DNA of 64,000 nt from Squalus acanthias (lineage: Eukaryota), in assembly GCA_030390025.1 (NCBI GenBank), contig CM059432.1, positions 123,754,001-123,818,000 on the forward strand, written 5' to 3'. Position numbers and translations under genes: made by a program. Shown here in pieces: positions 13,603 to 25,789 of this stretch (positions are counted from its first letter, which is position 1; the number at the start of each line of letters is the position of its first letter). A model generated the notes under the pieces. That model worked only from the letters and a program-made list of their open reading frames with translations, was not told the origin of the DNA and searched no databases.

Positions 13603-14232
13603 CCTTTATTAGCCGTGGCATAGAATACAAGAGCAGGGGGGTTATGCTTCAACTGTATAAAACACTAGTTAGGCCTCAGCTAGAGTACTGCGTGCAGTTC
13701 TGGTCACCACATTACAGGAAAGAGGTGATTGCACTAGAGAGGGTACAGAGGAGATTTACAAGGATGTTGCCTGGAGAAGAGAATCTTAGCTATGAGCAAA
13801 GACTGGATAGGCTGGGTCTGTTTTCCTTGGAACAGAGAAGGCTGAGGGAGACCTTATTGAGGTGTATATAATTATGAGGGGCATAGATAAAGTGGATAGA
13901 AAGGACCTTATTTCCCTTAGCAGAGGGGTCAGAAACCAGGGGGCACAGATTTAAAGTGATTGGTGGAAGGTTTAGAGGGGATTTGAGGGGAAATTTCTTC
14001 ACCCAGAGGGTTGTGGGGGTCTGGAACTCACTGCCTGAAAGGGTGGTAGAGGCAGGAACCCTAACCACATTTAAAAAGTACTTGGATGTGCACTTGGGAT
14101 GTTCTGACCTGCAGGGCTACGGACCTAGAGCTGGGAAGTAGGATTAGGCTGGATAGCTCTTTGTTGGCCGGTGCGGACACGATGGGCCGAAGTGGCCTCT
14201 TTCCGTGCTGTAACTTTCTATGATTTCAATGA
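13603..14232 (+). mobile_element. CR1 LINE 3' fragment inserted in Gypsy gag
   Basis: [44 protein letters not shown]; ttctatgatttcaatga tail; interrupts gag in the opposite orientation. Confidence 0.92.
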
Positions 14233-14894
14233 CATGTTTTTGACTTGTTCTCACAGCTTTAGATTCGGTGGTGGCTTTGTGACTGTAGACCTTAGCTGCA
14301 CTAGTCATTTGAGTTGGACGGAGCTCCCTAGCATTCTTAGACGCCATCTCTATAGATAGAGCCATTTTGCATGATATGTCAAACGTTAGGTTTGGCGTGT
14401 TCAGTAACTTGGACTGTGTGCGTTCATCCACCAGTCTACACACAAACCTATCTTGCAAGATACGATCCAAAAATGTGCCAAAGTTCCAATGCAAAGACAG
14501 GTTCTTAAGAACTACAATGTACTCACTGATGGTTTTACTTTGATTTTGGTTTCTGGTACCAAACATATAGCTCTCTGCTATTTCTAATGGCTTTGGGTCG
14601 AAATGGTCCTCGAGTTTCTCGACAATGTCTTCAAATGACACATCCTTCACTTTCCCTGGCGAGTAGGTTTGTCAACGTTCCGTAGATATCTGGCCCGAGC
14701 TCCGTTAGAAAAATCGCTTTTTTCCGTTCACAAATTACTTTATTTTCAGCTTGAACATTCTCATCTGCGTCTTCGGTCGCAATAATGTTATTGGCCCTAA
14801 AAAATATCTCCATCTGCTCAATGTAAGAACTGAATGATTCGCAAGTTCGGTCATACATGCCGAGGCTTCCGATGAATCCCATAGGTGCAGCCAT
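14233..14894 (-). pseudogene. gag: Gypsy gag remnant
   Basis: SFSSYIEQMEIFFRAN..KKAIFLTELGPDIY..LEDHFDPK..FGTRNQ..TISEYIVVLKNL..LQDRFVC; one frameshift near 14650. Confidence 0.85.
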
Positions 14895-15111
14895 GATTGT
14901 CCCGATCCCGTTGAACAATGACTCAGCATGCTACCTGTGTACCTGAGGCTGTGTATACATACACACGAAGGCAAAGCACAAACAATTCTGCAGCAGCATT
15001 AACAGTAAAACATCGCAAAAATTCAGTTTAGGTGTCACAAATTCACCTAAAACTTTTCCACTCGAAGGTTGAACACTGGGTCCTTCCATGATCCCATAAA
15101 ATGTCTTTGGG

Positions 15112-15129
15112 ATCCCATCCTCGTCGCCA
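15112..15129 (-). other. Primer-binding site, tRNA-Ser(GCT)
   Basis: Minus strand TGGCGACGAGGATGGGAT, complementary to the vertebrate tRNA-Ser(GCT) 3' end as I recall it, 4 nt from the LTR. Confidence 0.85.
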
Positions 15130-15133
15130 AAAA

Positions 15134-15269
15134 TGTAATATATGTGGGTAGAACAAATGAAGGACGGAAACACGATGAGTTACTAGTCCATGTGCTTGTT
15201 TACTAGGCCAGGGTGAACTGAGCATGCTCATACTAAACCCTGTGGCTAACCATGTGATAATACATTACA
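15134..15269 (-). repeat. Gypsy 5' LTR (136 bp)
   Basis: TGTAAT...ATTACA termini; homologous to the repeat starting at 9582. Confidence 0.9.
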
Positions 15270-15289
15270 ATATTATATAATAATATAAA

Positions 15290-16325
15290 AGTAAAATACT
15301 GCGGATGCTGGAAATCTGAAATAAAAACAGAAAATGTTGGAAATACTCAGCAGGTCAGGCAGCATCTGTGGAGAGAGAAACAGAGATAACATTTCACATC
15401 GATGACCCTTCGCCAGAACTGGAAAAAGCTGGAGATGGAACAGGTTTTTAAGCAAGTGCAGGGGCAGGGAAAGGAGGGGGGGGAGGAAAGAACAAAAGGG
15501 AAGGTCTGTGATAGGATGGAAGGCAGGAGAGAATAAGAGACATTAAGAGAGATTAAGAGATGGTGCGAGGCAAAAGGAGATGGTAATGGGACAAGTTAAG
15601 AAACAAAAGATGGCTCTAGATGAAGTGTAAATGGCAATGGCAGAATGAAAGACAGCTGCCATGTGGGAGAGAGAAAAAAAATCTATAATAAATAAAACAA
15701 ATGGAAAAAAAAGGATAGGGGCAGATGTTATGGTCTGAAGTTGTTGAACTCTATGTTGAGTCCAGAAGGTTGTGAAGTGTCTAATCGAAAGATGAGGTGC
15801 TGTTCCTCGAGCTTACATTGAGCTTCATTGGAACAGTGTAAGAGGCCGAGGATAGTGAGGTGGGAGTGGAGCAGAGAATTAAAGTGACAGGCGACCGGAA
15901 GCTTGGGGTCACCCTTACGGACTGAACGGAGGTGTTCCGCAAAGTGGTCACCCAATCTCCGTTTGGTCTCCCCAGTGTAGAGGAGACTGCATCGTGAGCA
16001 GCAAATACAGTATACTAAATTGCAAGAAGTACAAGTAAATCGCTGTTTCACCTGGAAGAGTGTTTGGGGCCCTGGACAGTGGTAAGGGAGGAGGTAAAAG
16101 GGCATGTGTTGCATCTCCTGCGCTTGCACAGGAAGGTGCCGGGCGAAGAGGAAAAGGATGTTGGGGGTGATAGAGGAGTGGACCAGGGTGTTGCGGAGGG
16201 AGTGGTCCCTTCGGAATGCTGAAAGGGCAGGTGAGGGGAAGATGTGTTTGGTTGTTGGATCACGCTGGAGGTGGCGGAAATGGTGGAGCATGATCCGTTG
16301 ACTGTGGAGGCTGGTGGGGTGAAAG
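15290..16325 (-). mobile_element. Penelope-like element, inverted 3' part (GIY-YIG endonuclease and terminal repeat)
   Basis: ORF 15728-16291: FTCTSCNLVYCICCSRCSLLYTGETKRRLGDHFAEH..PSGLNIEF, followed by a UTR that is the reverse complement of 18060-18583. Confidence 0.9.
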
Positions 16326-17704
16326 GTGAGGAAGGGTCAGCTGAGCGGGGGGAAGACTCCTGGTCAAAGAAGTGGGCACGGAGACGAAGGCGGCGGAAAA
16401 AGAGCGCAGCGTTGTGCCGAGCTCAAAATTCTCCATGCCCACTTCTTTGGCCAGGAGTCTTCCCCCCGCACGGCTGACCCTTTCTCCCGCTTTCAGAATT
16501 CTCGTTCTACCTGGACCCTTCCCTCTGGCCTCTTAACCTCTCTAGATATTTTCATTGCAAACTGCCGGCGTAACATCGGCCGTCTCAATTTCTCTGCTCC
16601 CCTCAGTCACTCCATCCTACCTCCCTCTGAACTTGCAGCACTCCATTCTCTCAGATCCAACCTCAACATTGCCATTAAACCTGCTGACAAGGGTGGTGCT
16701 GTTGTTGTTTGGCGAACCGACCTCTACCGTGCGGAGGCTGAACGGCAACTCTCCGACACCTCCTCCTACCTCCGCCTGGACCATGACCCCAATACCGAAC
16801 ATCAAGCCGCCGTTTCCAAGACTGTCACTGACCTCATCTCCTCTGGAGATCTTCCCTCCACGGCCGCCAACCTCATAGTTCCCCAACCCTGCATAGCCCG
16901 CTTCTACCTCCTTCCCAAGATCCACAAACAGAACTGCCCTGGTAGACCCATCGTTTCAGCCTGTTCTTGCCCCACGGAACTTATCTCTTCCTATCTCGAC
17001 TTTATTTTTTATCCCCTTGCCCAGTCTCTTCCCACCTACATCCACGACTCTTCTGACGCCCTCCGCCACTTTAACAGTTTCCAGTTCTGGCCCCAACCGT
17101 CTCCTTTTCACGATGGACGTCCAATCCCTCTACACCTCCATCCCCCACCAGGATGGCCTGAGGGCGCTCCGCTTCTTCCTTGAACAGAGGCCTAACCAGT
17201 CCCCATCCACCACCACCCTCCTCTGCCTGGCTGAACTTGTTCTCACATTGAACAACTTCTCCTTTGACTCCACTCACTTCCTCCAAATTAAAGGTGTTGC
17301 TATGGGAACCTGCATGTATCCCAGCTATGCCTGCCTTTTTGTGGGATATGTGGAACATTCGTTGTTCCAGTCCTACTCAGGTCCCCTCCCTCACCTCTTT
17401 TTCCGGTACATTGATGACTGTATCGGTGCCGTTTCCTGCTCTCACCCTGAACTAGAAAATTTTATTCACTTTGCTTCCAATTTCCACCCTTCCCTCACCT
17501 TCACATGGTCCATCTCCAACTCTTCCATTCCCTTCCTCGACTTCTCTGTCTCCATCTCTGGGGATAGGCTATTGACAAACATTCAATACAAGCACAGCTA
17601 CCTGGACTACACTTCCTCCCACCCCGCTTCCTGTAAGGACTCTATTTCATTCTTCTAGTTTCTCCGTCTCCGCCGCATCTGCTCTGATGATGCCACCTTC
17701 CATA

Positions 17705-18022
17705 CACAGAATCACAGAATCCCCACAGTGCAGATAGAGGCCATTTCGGCCCATCGAGCCTGCACTGACACATATCCCACCCTATCCCCGTAACCCCACG
17801 TATTTAATCCCCCTAACACTAAGGGTCAATTTATCATAGCCAAATCAACCTAACCCGCACATCTTTGGACTGTGGGAGGAAACCGGAGCACCCGGAGGAA
17901 ACCCACGCAGACACGGGGAGAATGTGCAAACTCCACACAGACAGTCACCCGGGGCCGGATTCGAACCCGGGTCCCTGGCGCTGTGAGGTAACAGTGCTAA
18001 CCACTATGCCACCGTGTTGCCC
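17705..18022 (-). mobile_element. tRNA-derived V-SINE (HE1-like)
   Basis: Minus strand: A box TGGCATAGTGG, B box GGTTCGAATCC, V-domain gtggagtttgcacattctccccgtgtctgcgtgggtttcctccgggtgctccggtttcctccc, CR1-like tail with gattctgt repeats. Confidence 0.88.
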
Positions 18023-18178
18023 AGTGCTTCCGACATGTCTTCCTTTTTCCTCAACAATTTCAGACCATAACATCTGCCCCAATCCTTTTTTTCCCCATTT
18101 ATTTTATTTATTATTTATTTTTTTCTTCTCTCTCCCACATGGCAGCTGTTTTTCATTCTGCCAGTGCCATTTACACTT

Positions 18179-18384
18179 CATCTAGAGCCATCTTTTGTTT
18201 CTTAACTTGTTCCATTACCATCTCCTTTTGGCTTGCACCATCTCTTAATCTCTCAATGTCTCTTAATCTCTCCTGCCTTCCATCTAGAGCCATCTTTTGT
18301 TTCTTAACTTGTTCCATTACCATCTCCTTTTGGCTTGCACCGTCTCTTAATCTCTCAATGTCTCTTAATCTCTCCTGCCTTCCA
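18179..18384 (+). repeat. 102-bp tandem duplication in the Penelope 3' UTR
   Basis: catctagagccatcttttg...cctgccttc occurs at 18179 and 18281; single copy in the inverted partner. Confidence 0.9.
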
Positions 18385-18480
18385 TCCTATCACAGATTCC
18401 CTTTTGTTCTTTCCTCCCCTCCCCCCCCCTTTCCCTGCCCCTACACTTGCTTAGAAACTGTTCCAAATCCAGCTTTTTCC

Positions 18481-18517
18481 AGTTCTGACGAAGGGTCATC
18501 GACCTGAAACGTTAACT
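18481..18517 (+). ncRNA. Minimal hammerhead ribozyme motif of the Penelope terminal repeat
   Basis: agtt-CTGACGA-agggtcatcgacct-GAAAC-GTTA-act: both catalytic boxes, a stem II hairpin and a palindromic AACGTT stem III. Confidence 0.65.
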
Positions 18518-18994
18518 CTGTTTCTCTCTCCACAGATGCTGCCTGACCTGCTGAGTATTTCCAGCATTTTCTGTTTTTATTTTATATAATTATATAGTGT
18601 GTGTTACATGGCAGGACATTCTGTAATTATGAAACATCAACCTGGTCCTTCCTACCTCTACGAGCTGGTCCTCCTGCTTTTCCTCTCTGGCTGTACAGCC
18701 ATTAAGAGAATGGCAGTGATTGTGGACCAAGAGAAATTTTCAGCCAGAGGATGTGCATTGAAACAGAAGCTGCACATCACTGAAACTGATAACATTGTAC
18801 CATAGCAACCACTAACTTAGGGAAAAAAATAAAGTACTTGCATTTATATAGTGCCATTCATGTCTTGAGGACCTTCCAAAGCACTGGACAACCAATGAAT
18901 TTATTTTGAAGTAACTCACAACTTAGGATGTACTGTGTACAAAATAGCGCTTATTTGATTTAAATTGCCCTGCTTAAACTGTACAGAAGGTTAA

Positions 18995-19450
18995 GCCAGG
19001 ACAAAGCAGCCCGCTTGATTGGCTCCCCATCCACCACCTTAAACCTTCACTTCCTCCACCACTGGCGCACCGTGGCTGCAGTGTGTACCATCTACAAGAT
19101 GCACTGCAGCAACTCGCCAAGGCTTCTTCGGCAACACCTCCCAAACCCACGACCTCTTCCACCTAGAAGGACAAGGGCAGCAGGCGCATGGGAACACCAG
19201 CACCTCCAAGTTCCCCTCCAAGTCACACACCATCCTGACTTGGAAACATATCGCCGATCTTTCATCGTCGCTGGGTCAAAATCCTGGAACTCCCACCCTA
19301 ACAGCACTGTGGGAGTACCTTCACTACGCGGACTGCAGCAGTTCAAGAAGGTGGCTCACCACCACCTTTTCAAGGGCAATTAGGGATGGACAATAAATGC
19401 TGGCCTTGCCAGCGACGCCCACATCCCGTGAATGAATAAAAAAATAAAAA
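18995..19450 (+). mobile_element. CR1-group LINE 3' end with LF-SINE-type tail
   Basis: QDKAARLIG..LHHWRTVAAVCTIYKMHC..SWNS; ends caataaatgctggccttgccagcgacgcccacatcccgtgaatgaataaaaaa. Confidence 0.8.
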
Positions 19451-21211
19451 AGTATCGGCCTAATTACGTGGGATGTTGGGGATTCTTCCAGCCTGGTGTA
19501 TCAGAAAGGTCTGCAGTCTTCGTGGCCTGGACTATATGAATTGCTAACTTGCTTTATTGTGTCGTAATAACTAATTTTGTTTGTCATCAACGAGCACCCT
19601 ATTTGAAATGGCCCACATAAAAGGGTTCAGTGTTTGGGTTTTGCTGGGATACGAGGTAGAAGCCAAACAACTCTGTTAAAGTCACATGACTTTTTACATC
19701 ATCAAACCAATCAAAATTATATTAGCATCTCATCAGCTCCCAGGTGGCCAGGCAGAGGGATTCATATGACTCCCACTGTGGTAATTCTATACCCAAATAT
19801 ATCTCAGCAGTAATGGTTCAATGCAGGTCACACTAGATTATCAGTCTGATTCAGGCCCCCTTCTTAATGCGGTATTTTCGTAATTATAGAACGAATTTAA
19901 ATGATAACAATAACCCACAATGCTGATTAACAGGAGAATGGTAATGAGAAACACAAACTTGAAATTGGTGTTGTGCGTGGAAACATTTTGCTGTTTAGCA
20001 TGTCGGACGGTGCAGCGGTTAGCACACTAGTGCACTGGTGCCACTAATCCCATGGCTGGGGAGTGGTACTGCTATGATTTATAAAGCATATTAGACATGC
20101 TATTTTCCGAAGGTAAGTAGACTGAATACACGTCACAAGTAGGACTCCTGAGAAGCATAGCAGTTTTAAAGAGGGAAGAGGATCATTGGCAGAATAGAGT
20201 AGGAGGAAGTCTTAATTTCTCCTCCGTTTCTTGTTGTAATGATCATTTTCACCATTGCTAACTTTAATTAAAATATACAGCAACTTGAATTTGACTAAAC
20301 TTACCACCCACCATTACCAAAGTGCACTTCACTATGCATTCCCTGTGTTAATAGAAATCAATTGAAAACATTGTGTAATTGAAAATCCATTTGATAGCAC
20401 TCTGTCGCACTACATTTTCAGTGTTTATATAGGTATGATCATCACAATTTAAAATCCACAAACTATTTACAAAGTTTGTTTAATTCTAATAAATACATCG
20501 AAAATCAAAAGTAAAAGAGCAAGTTAAAGCCATTTGTTCGTATTGGCCTTTTTCCCCGAGTGCCTTCAGCTTCTCTCCACCTATACTTCTCACTTTTGGC
20601 TTTTCCCTCAGTAATTCCCTGCATTTTTTCATCTAGCTCCCGCTTGCTCTTCACTTTTTTTCTTGGCATCTCTATCTGTCAGTCCTTTTGCTGCCGTCTC
20701 TCTCCTTCTATTCCCCGTGGTACAGTCCCTGTCATTCGACCTTTCTCTCTCTCTCATTCTTTTCTGTTATGTACACCTTCTTCCACCCTGCCATCCCATG
20801 AGACGGCCATGAGCCTGATTGTGCTCTAAAACAGCTGCGGCACCTTTTCAAACACTGTGCTGATTTTGTGTCATGCTACTTTTAAACCCGTTTATACTAC
20901 ACTTCTTAAAATAATCATTAGAACTAGAAATATGTGAATAAAATGTCCAGATTATCACATGTCTGGAGTACACATTATGCTGACATGTGACAGTCAGCAG
21001 AATGCAATATAAACATGTCTGGCATTTCATATCAAGTGGTGAATTTTGATTACTGTCAGTGCTCTATTCATCATCATAAACATATCTCTCAAAAAATGAA
21101 CAACAAATGTAAGCTATCCACGCAAATATCTAAACTCTCTTGTTGGCTTAACAGGTAGACGTACCACTTGGGGTTGTACTGAACCATGTAGACTGGAAAG
21201 GTCTTGGGTTC

Positions 21212-23620
21212 ATAGGAATATAGGAACATAGGAACAGGAGTAGGCCATTCAGCCCCTCAAACCTGTTCCACCATTCGATGAAATCATGGCTGATCTGCGA
21301 CCTAACATATACCGCCTTTGGCCCAAATCCTTGGTTAACAAAAAGCTATCAATCTCAGTTTAAAATTAACAATTGATCTAACATCAATTGCCGTTTGCGG
21401 AAGAGAGTTCCAAACTTCTACCACCCTTTGTGTGTAGAAGTGTTTCCTAATTTCACTCCTGAAAGATTTAGCTCTAATTTTTAGACTATTCCCTCTAGTC
21501 CTAGAATCCACAACCAACAGAATTAGTTCCTCTCTATCTACCCTATCTGTTCCCCTTAATATCTTGAAAACTTTGATCAGATCACCCTTTAACCTTCTAA
21601 GTTCTAGGGAATACAACCCTAATTTGTGTAATCTCTCCTCGTAACTTAACCCTTGAAGTCCGGGTATCATTCTGGTAAACCTACGCTGCACTCCCTCCAA
21701 GGCTAACATATCCTTCCGAAGGTGTGGTGCCCAGAACTGCTCACAGTACTCCAGGTGTGGTCTAACCAGGGTTTTGCATAGCTGCAGCATAACTTCTACC
21801 CCCTTGTATTCTAGTCCTCTAGATATAAAGGCCAGCATTCCATTAGCCTTTTTGATTATTTTCTGTACCTGTTCATGACATTTTAATGATCTATGTACCT
21901 GGACCACCAAATCTCTTTGGACATCCACTGTTTTTAGCTTTTCACCATTTAGAAAGTACCCTGTTATATCCTTTCTGGTCCAAAGTGATTGACCTCACAT
22001 TTGCTTACATTGAAATCCATTTGCCACTTAATCTATCAATATCCCTTTGTAATTTTATGCTTTCATCTACACTGCCGACAATGCTGCCTATCTTTGTGTC
22101 ATCGGCAAATTTGGATATATGACTTTCTACGCCATCATCTAAGTCGTTAATAAATACAGTGAATAGTTGAGGCCCCAACACAGATCCCTGCGGGACACCA
22201 CTAGTCATATCCTGCTAATTTGAGTACCTGCCCATTATCCCTACTCTCTAGAGGGCTAGAAATTCATTATAGCCCAGGAATGGGCGGTATCATTCGAAAA
22301 GTTGCAGAATTAGCGCCAGGCGCTAATGCTTTAGAATCCATGCAAAATTTGTCCTCACTGTTCAAAGAAATGATTGGAGTCCTAATTCAAGTCTTTAAGC
22401 CCAAGCTCATTGGTGTTACACTCAAAGGGTGGATCAATATCAGGTGCAGTCTAATCGCAAGTCATGATTAGAACATAAGAACATAAGAAATTGGAGCAGG
22501 AGTAGGCCATACTGCCCCTCAAGCCTGCTCCACCATTCAATAAGATCATGGCTGATCTTCGACCTCAACTCCACTTTCCCGCCCGATCTCCATAACCCTT
22601 GATTCCCCTAGAGTCCAAAAATCTATCTATCTCAGCCTTGAATATACTCAAAGACTCAGCATTCACAGCCCTCTGGGGCAGAGAATTCCAAAGATTCACA
22701 ACCCTCTGAGTGAAGAAATTTCTCCTCATCTCAGTCTTAAATGGCCGACCCCTTATCCTGAGACTATGCCCCCTAGTTCTAGGTCTATAATACTCTGATT
22801 TCCCTCTCTCACCATTCTTAAAAAGCAGAGTGACATGCACAATTTTCCAATCTAATAGAACGGTTCCTGAATCTAGAGAAAGTTGGAAGATTATAGTTGG
22901 AGCATCTGCAATGTGTTCACCTACTTCCTTTAAAACCCTGGGATGGAAACCATCTGGTCCTGGGGATTTGTCACTCATTAGTGCCATTATTTTCTTCATT
23001 ACTGTTATTTTACTTACGTTAATTTCATTGTGTCCCTGTCTCCAATTCAATATTAGTTTCCTTGGGATTTCCAGCATGCTATCCTCTTCTCCTCCTGAAA
23101 ATACTGATGCAAAGTAATTATTCAACATGTCCACCATTTCCTTATTATCATTCACAATATCACCGCTTTCAGTTTTTATGCTGCCAACATTGCTCCTGAC
23201 TACCCTCTTTTTCCTAATGTAATTGTAAAAATTCTTTGTATTGATTTTGATATCCCTTGCAAGTTTCTTTTCATACTCCCTTTTTGTAGATCTTACTATC
23301 TGTTTTGTGACCCTTTGCTGTTCTTTGTATCTTTCCCATTCACCAGGATCTGTGCTATTATCTGCATTTTTGTATTTTTTTTTTAGTTTTACACTGTCCC
23401 TTACCTCTTCAGTCGTCCATGTTTGTTTTTTTTGGCAAGTAGATCTCATGCCCCTCAGGGGTATAAACTGGTTCTGTATCACATTAAATTCTTTTTTAAA
23501 CAGCTCCCACTGATCTTCTGTCGTTTTACCCATTAACAAATTTGCCCAGTTTACTGTGGACAGTCTCTGCCTCATCCTGTTGAAGTCAGCCTTCCCTAAA
23601 TCTAGAATCTTAGTAGCCGT
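21212..23620 (-). mobile_element. CR1 LINE ORF2 fragments, interrupted by a MITE (~22253-22470) and a second CR1 3' end (~22470-22783)
   Basis: ORFs 21335-21928, 22005-22208 ([20 protein letters not shown]) and 22565-23674 (LNNYFASVF..KSPGPDGFHPRVLKE); two CR1 tails (cataggaa / cataagaa repeats). Confidence 0.9.
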
Positions 23621-23711
23621 TAGAGTCCACAGGCTCTGCTGAGTTAGATGGTGTAAGCGAGGACAATTGTACAAACACTATAATTGGCACCAGCACCCTG
23701 TGGAAGGGAGG

Positions 23712-24097
23712 GAATGGTAGCATAGTGATTATGTTACTGGGCTAGTAATCCAGAGGCCTGGACTAACAATCCGTGAAACATGAGTTCAAATCCCACGATT
23801 TAAATTCAATTAAATAAATCTGGAATAAAAAGCTGGATTGTTGTAAAAACCCAACTGGTTCACTAATGTCCTTTAGGGAAGGAAACCTGCTGTCCTTACC
23901 TGGGCTGACCTATATTTGACTCCAGACCCACAGCAATGTGGTGAATGGCCACTAGCAAGCCACTCTGTCATGTCAAAAAACACCTGCTATGATGGACTGG
24001 TGAAGCAGTTCACCACCACCTTCTCAAGGGCAATTAGAGATGGGCAATAAATGCTGGCCTTGCCAGTGACGCTCACATCCCGTGAATAAAAAAAAAT
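23712..24097 (+). mobile_element. LF-SINE-like SINE
   Basis: tRNA-like head (tggtagcatagtg..gagttcaaatccc), core gtaaaaacccaactggttcactaatgtcctttagggaaggaaacctgc that I recognise from LF-SINE, and a tail shared with the LINE ends at 19360-19450 and 59945-60060. Confidence 0.75.
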
Positions 24098-25789
24098 TAG
24101 CTATCCATTGACCTGCACTGGACAGTGCTGTGTGTAAGGACAGATTTAAGTTTGGCTCTGATGCTCTCCATGGCAGATACACTTGCAGCACTCACTATCT
24201 GGCCTTACATATGAAAGAATAACAATTGGCCAAAGTATTGGAGGACTGTGAGTGCCCATGGAGTCATACCCCAGCTTCAGGCAGCATCTTCAGTAGAGGA
24301 AAGAGGAAAGAATAGATAACAAATGAACAGCATTATCAATACCATGTATTGGCACTCAGGGGCTGAAATCACACCCCCATGCTGGGCGCATCTTGAGACT
24401 CAATGCCAGGGGGACAGAAAATGGGGTGAAATCTAATGCCACTGGAATTCCACTCCATGGAGAGGAGGGCCAGGAAATTTCAGTGAGGGGGCCGTGAGTA
24501 GATCTACTGCCACCCCGTCCTATGTCAAGAGGCCATGGCCCACAAATTAATTGAAGCAGGAATTAGTCACAATTTATACATACTTCCTATATTCATAAAC
24601 ACTCAATTGCTGCATAATCAGCCCAGGTATAATTGTTACACAATCAAACTTCTATATTGCTCACAGGACACCACCTTAGGTTCCAATAGGTCGATGAAAC
24701 AGTGATGCTATTAAGTTAGTTACGCATTACACTGCAATTTCTTATTTAAACAATTACATCATAAAAAGTTGAAGATTAGAAAAAAATGATTAAATATTAA
24801 TCTAAATATTCGAAGTAAGAAATAGGACTTGCGAATGGAAGCTACAGCATTTTAAAGTGAATTGAATATGGTTCTCAGCTTGTTAGCTGAGAACTGTGTT
24901 GCCATGACTTCTGATCCATTTCCTGCTGTCTATCTGGCATCTGTTACGACTTTTTTCACATCAGTAGATTGCATGCATGCATTAGAGAGGGAGATGAGGT
25001 CAAAATGTATGATGTTTACAGCTTGTGCATGAGATTTGACAGGTCTGGCTGTGCTTTAATAGCTTTAGTCGGTTAGTTGGCACTATAATCTGGGGTGCTG
25101 ATCTGCATGAATCAACAGATGCTGGTCTATACAGTAGATCATTACTGGTGAGTAAAAGTTTATTCCTAAGAGGCTTACTTGCTGAGCTCGATGTACCTGG
25201 GGCACGGAATAAGACTTAACAGTGAGTCAGAGAGGAATGATAATATGGTATATAATAACCATTATAAGTGCATTAGGATAATAATGATTATGCCCTGTCC
25301 TTATTAATCACTTTCACCAGTCCACTCAAATGCTTTTACAATGGAACTGTGAGGCTCCTTGGTTATCCCACCTCACGTACCTTTGGAATTTATCAGGCAG
25401 ACAGTCAAACTGGTGTCACATGAGCTACCACAGGCCAAACTACCACGGTATGCATAGCTGGAAAACATGCAGATGGGTCTCCAACTACATCTCCTTTGTG
25501 ACTTGTTCTATCTTTCTTAACCCTTCGAATCTTTTGCTGGTCGATGGGAAAGAAATCATTAAAGGGTGCATTTTCCAATATGGCCAGTATTGATTAAAGA
25601 GGCACTGGGAGCAGCTGGGCAGGAAACCTGTTGAAAAAATTTAAAAGACATCCTGCCGTTAAACCCGTCCGAAAATCTTTGCGCATTCCGCACCCGCCTC
25701 CCCCCCCCGTCCCCCAACTTCCCAGCTCTGAGTAAATATCGGGGCCAGTATTGTCTTAATGAACAACTGTTAGGCAACCATTTCCTTGT

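Larger units (their letters stand above)
9582..15269 (-). mobile_element. Ty3/Gypsy LTR retrotransposon (probably Mag-like), decayed, integrase core missing
   Basis: Direct repeats TGTAATATATGTGGG...TTACA at both ends, 5-bp TSD ATATT (9577-9581, 15270-15274), tRNA-Ser PBS, and gag-PR-RT-RH order on the minus strand. Confidence 0.92.
16330..18583 (+). mobile_element. Penelope-like element, RT and 3' terminal repeat
   Basis: IKPADKGGAVVV, FYLLPKIHK..PGRPIVS, FTMDVQSLYTSIPH, GVAMG, FRYIDD. Frameshift near 17088, SINE insertion at 17705, endonuclease deleted at ~18055. Confidence 0.92.

Noticed and set aside
19460..21200. Possible host exons in non-repeat stretches (also 24550-25550, 31200-32700, 60740-61750)
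   Set aside because: No ORF with recognisable protein features or convincing splice pairs; short exons or conserved non-coding elements cannot be excluded without alignment.
22565..23674. 369-aa ORF as one gene
   Set aside because: Chance in-frame fusion of two CR1 pieces at ~22783; the RT core is skipped.
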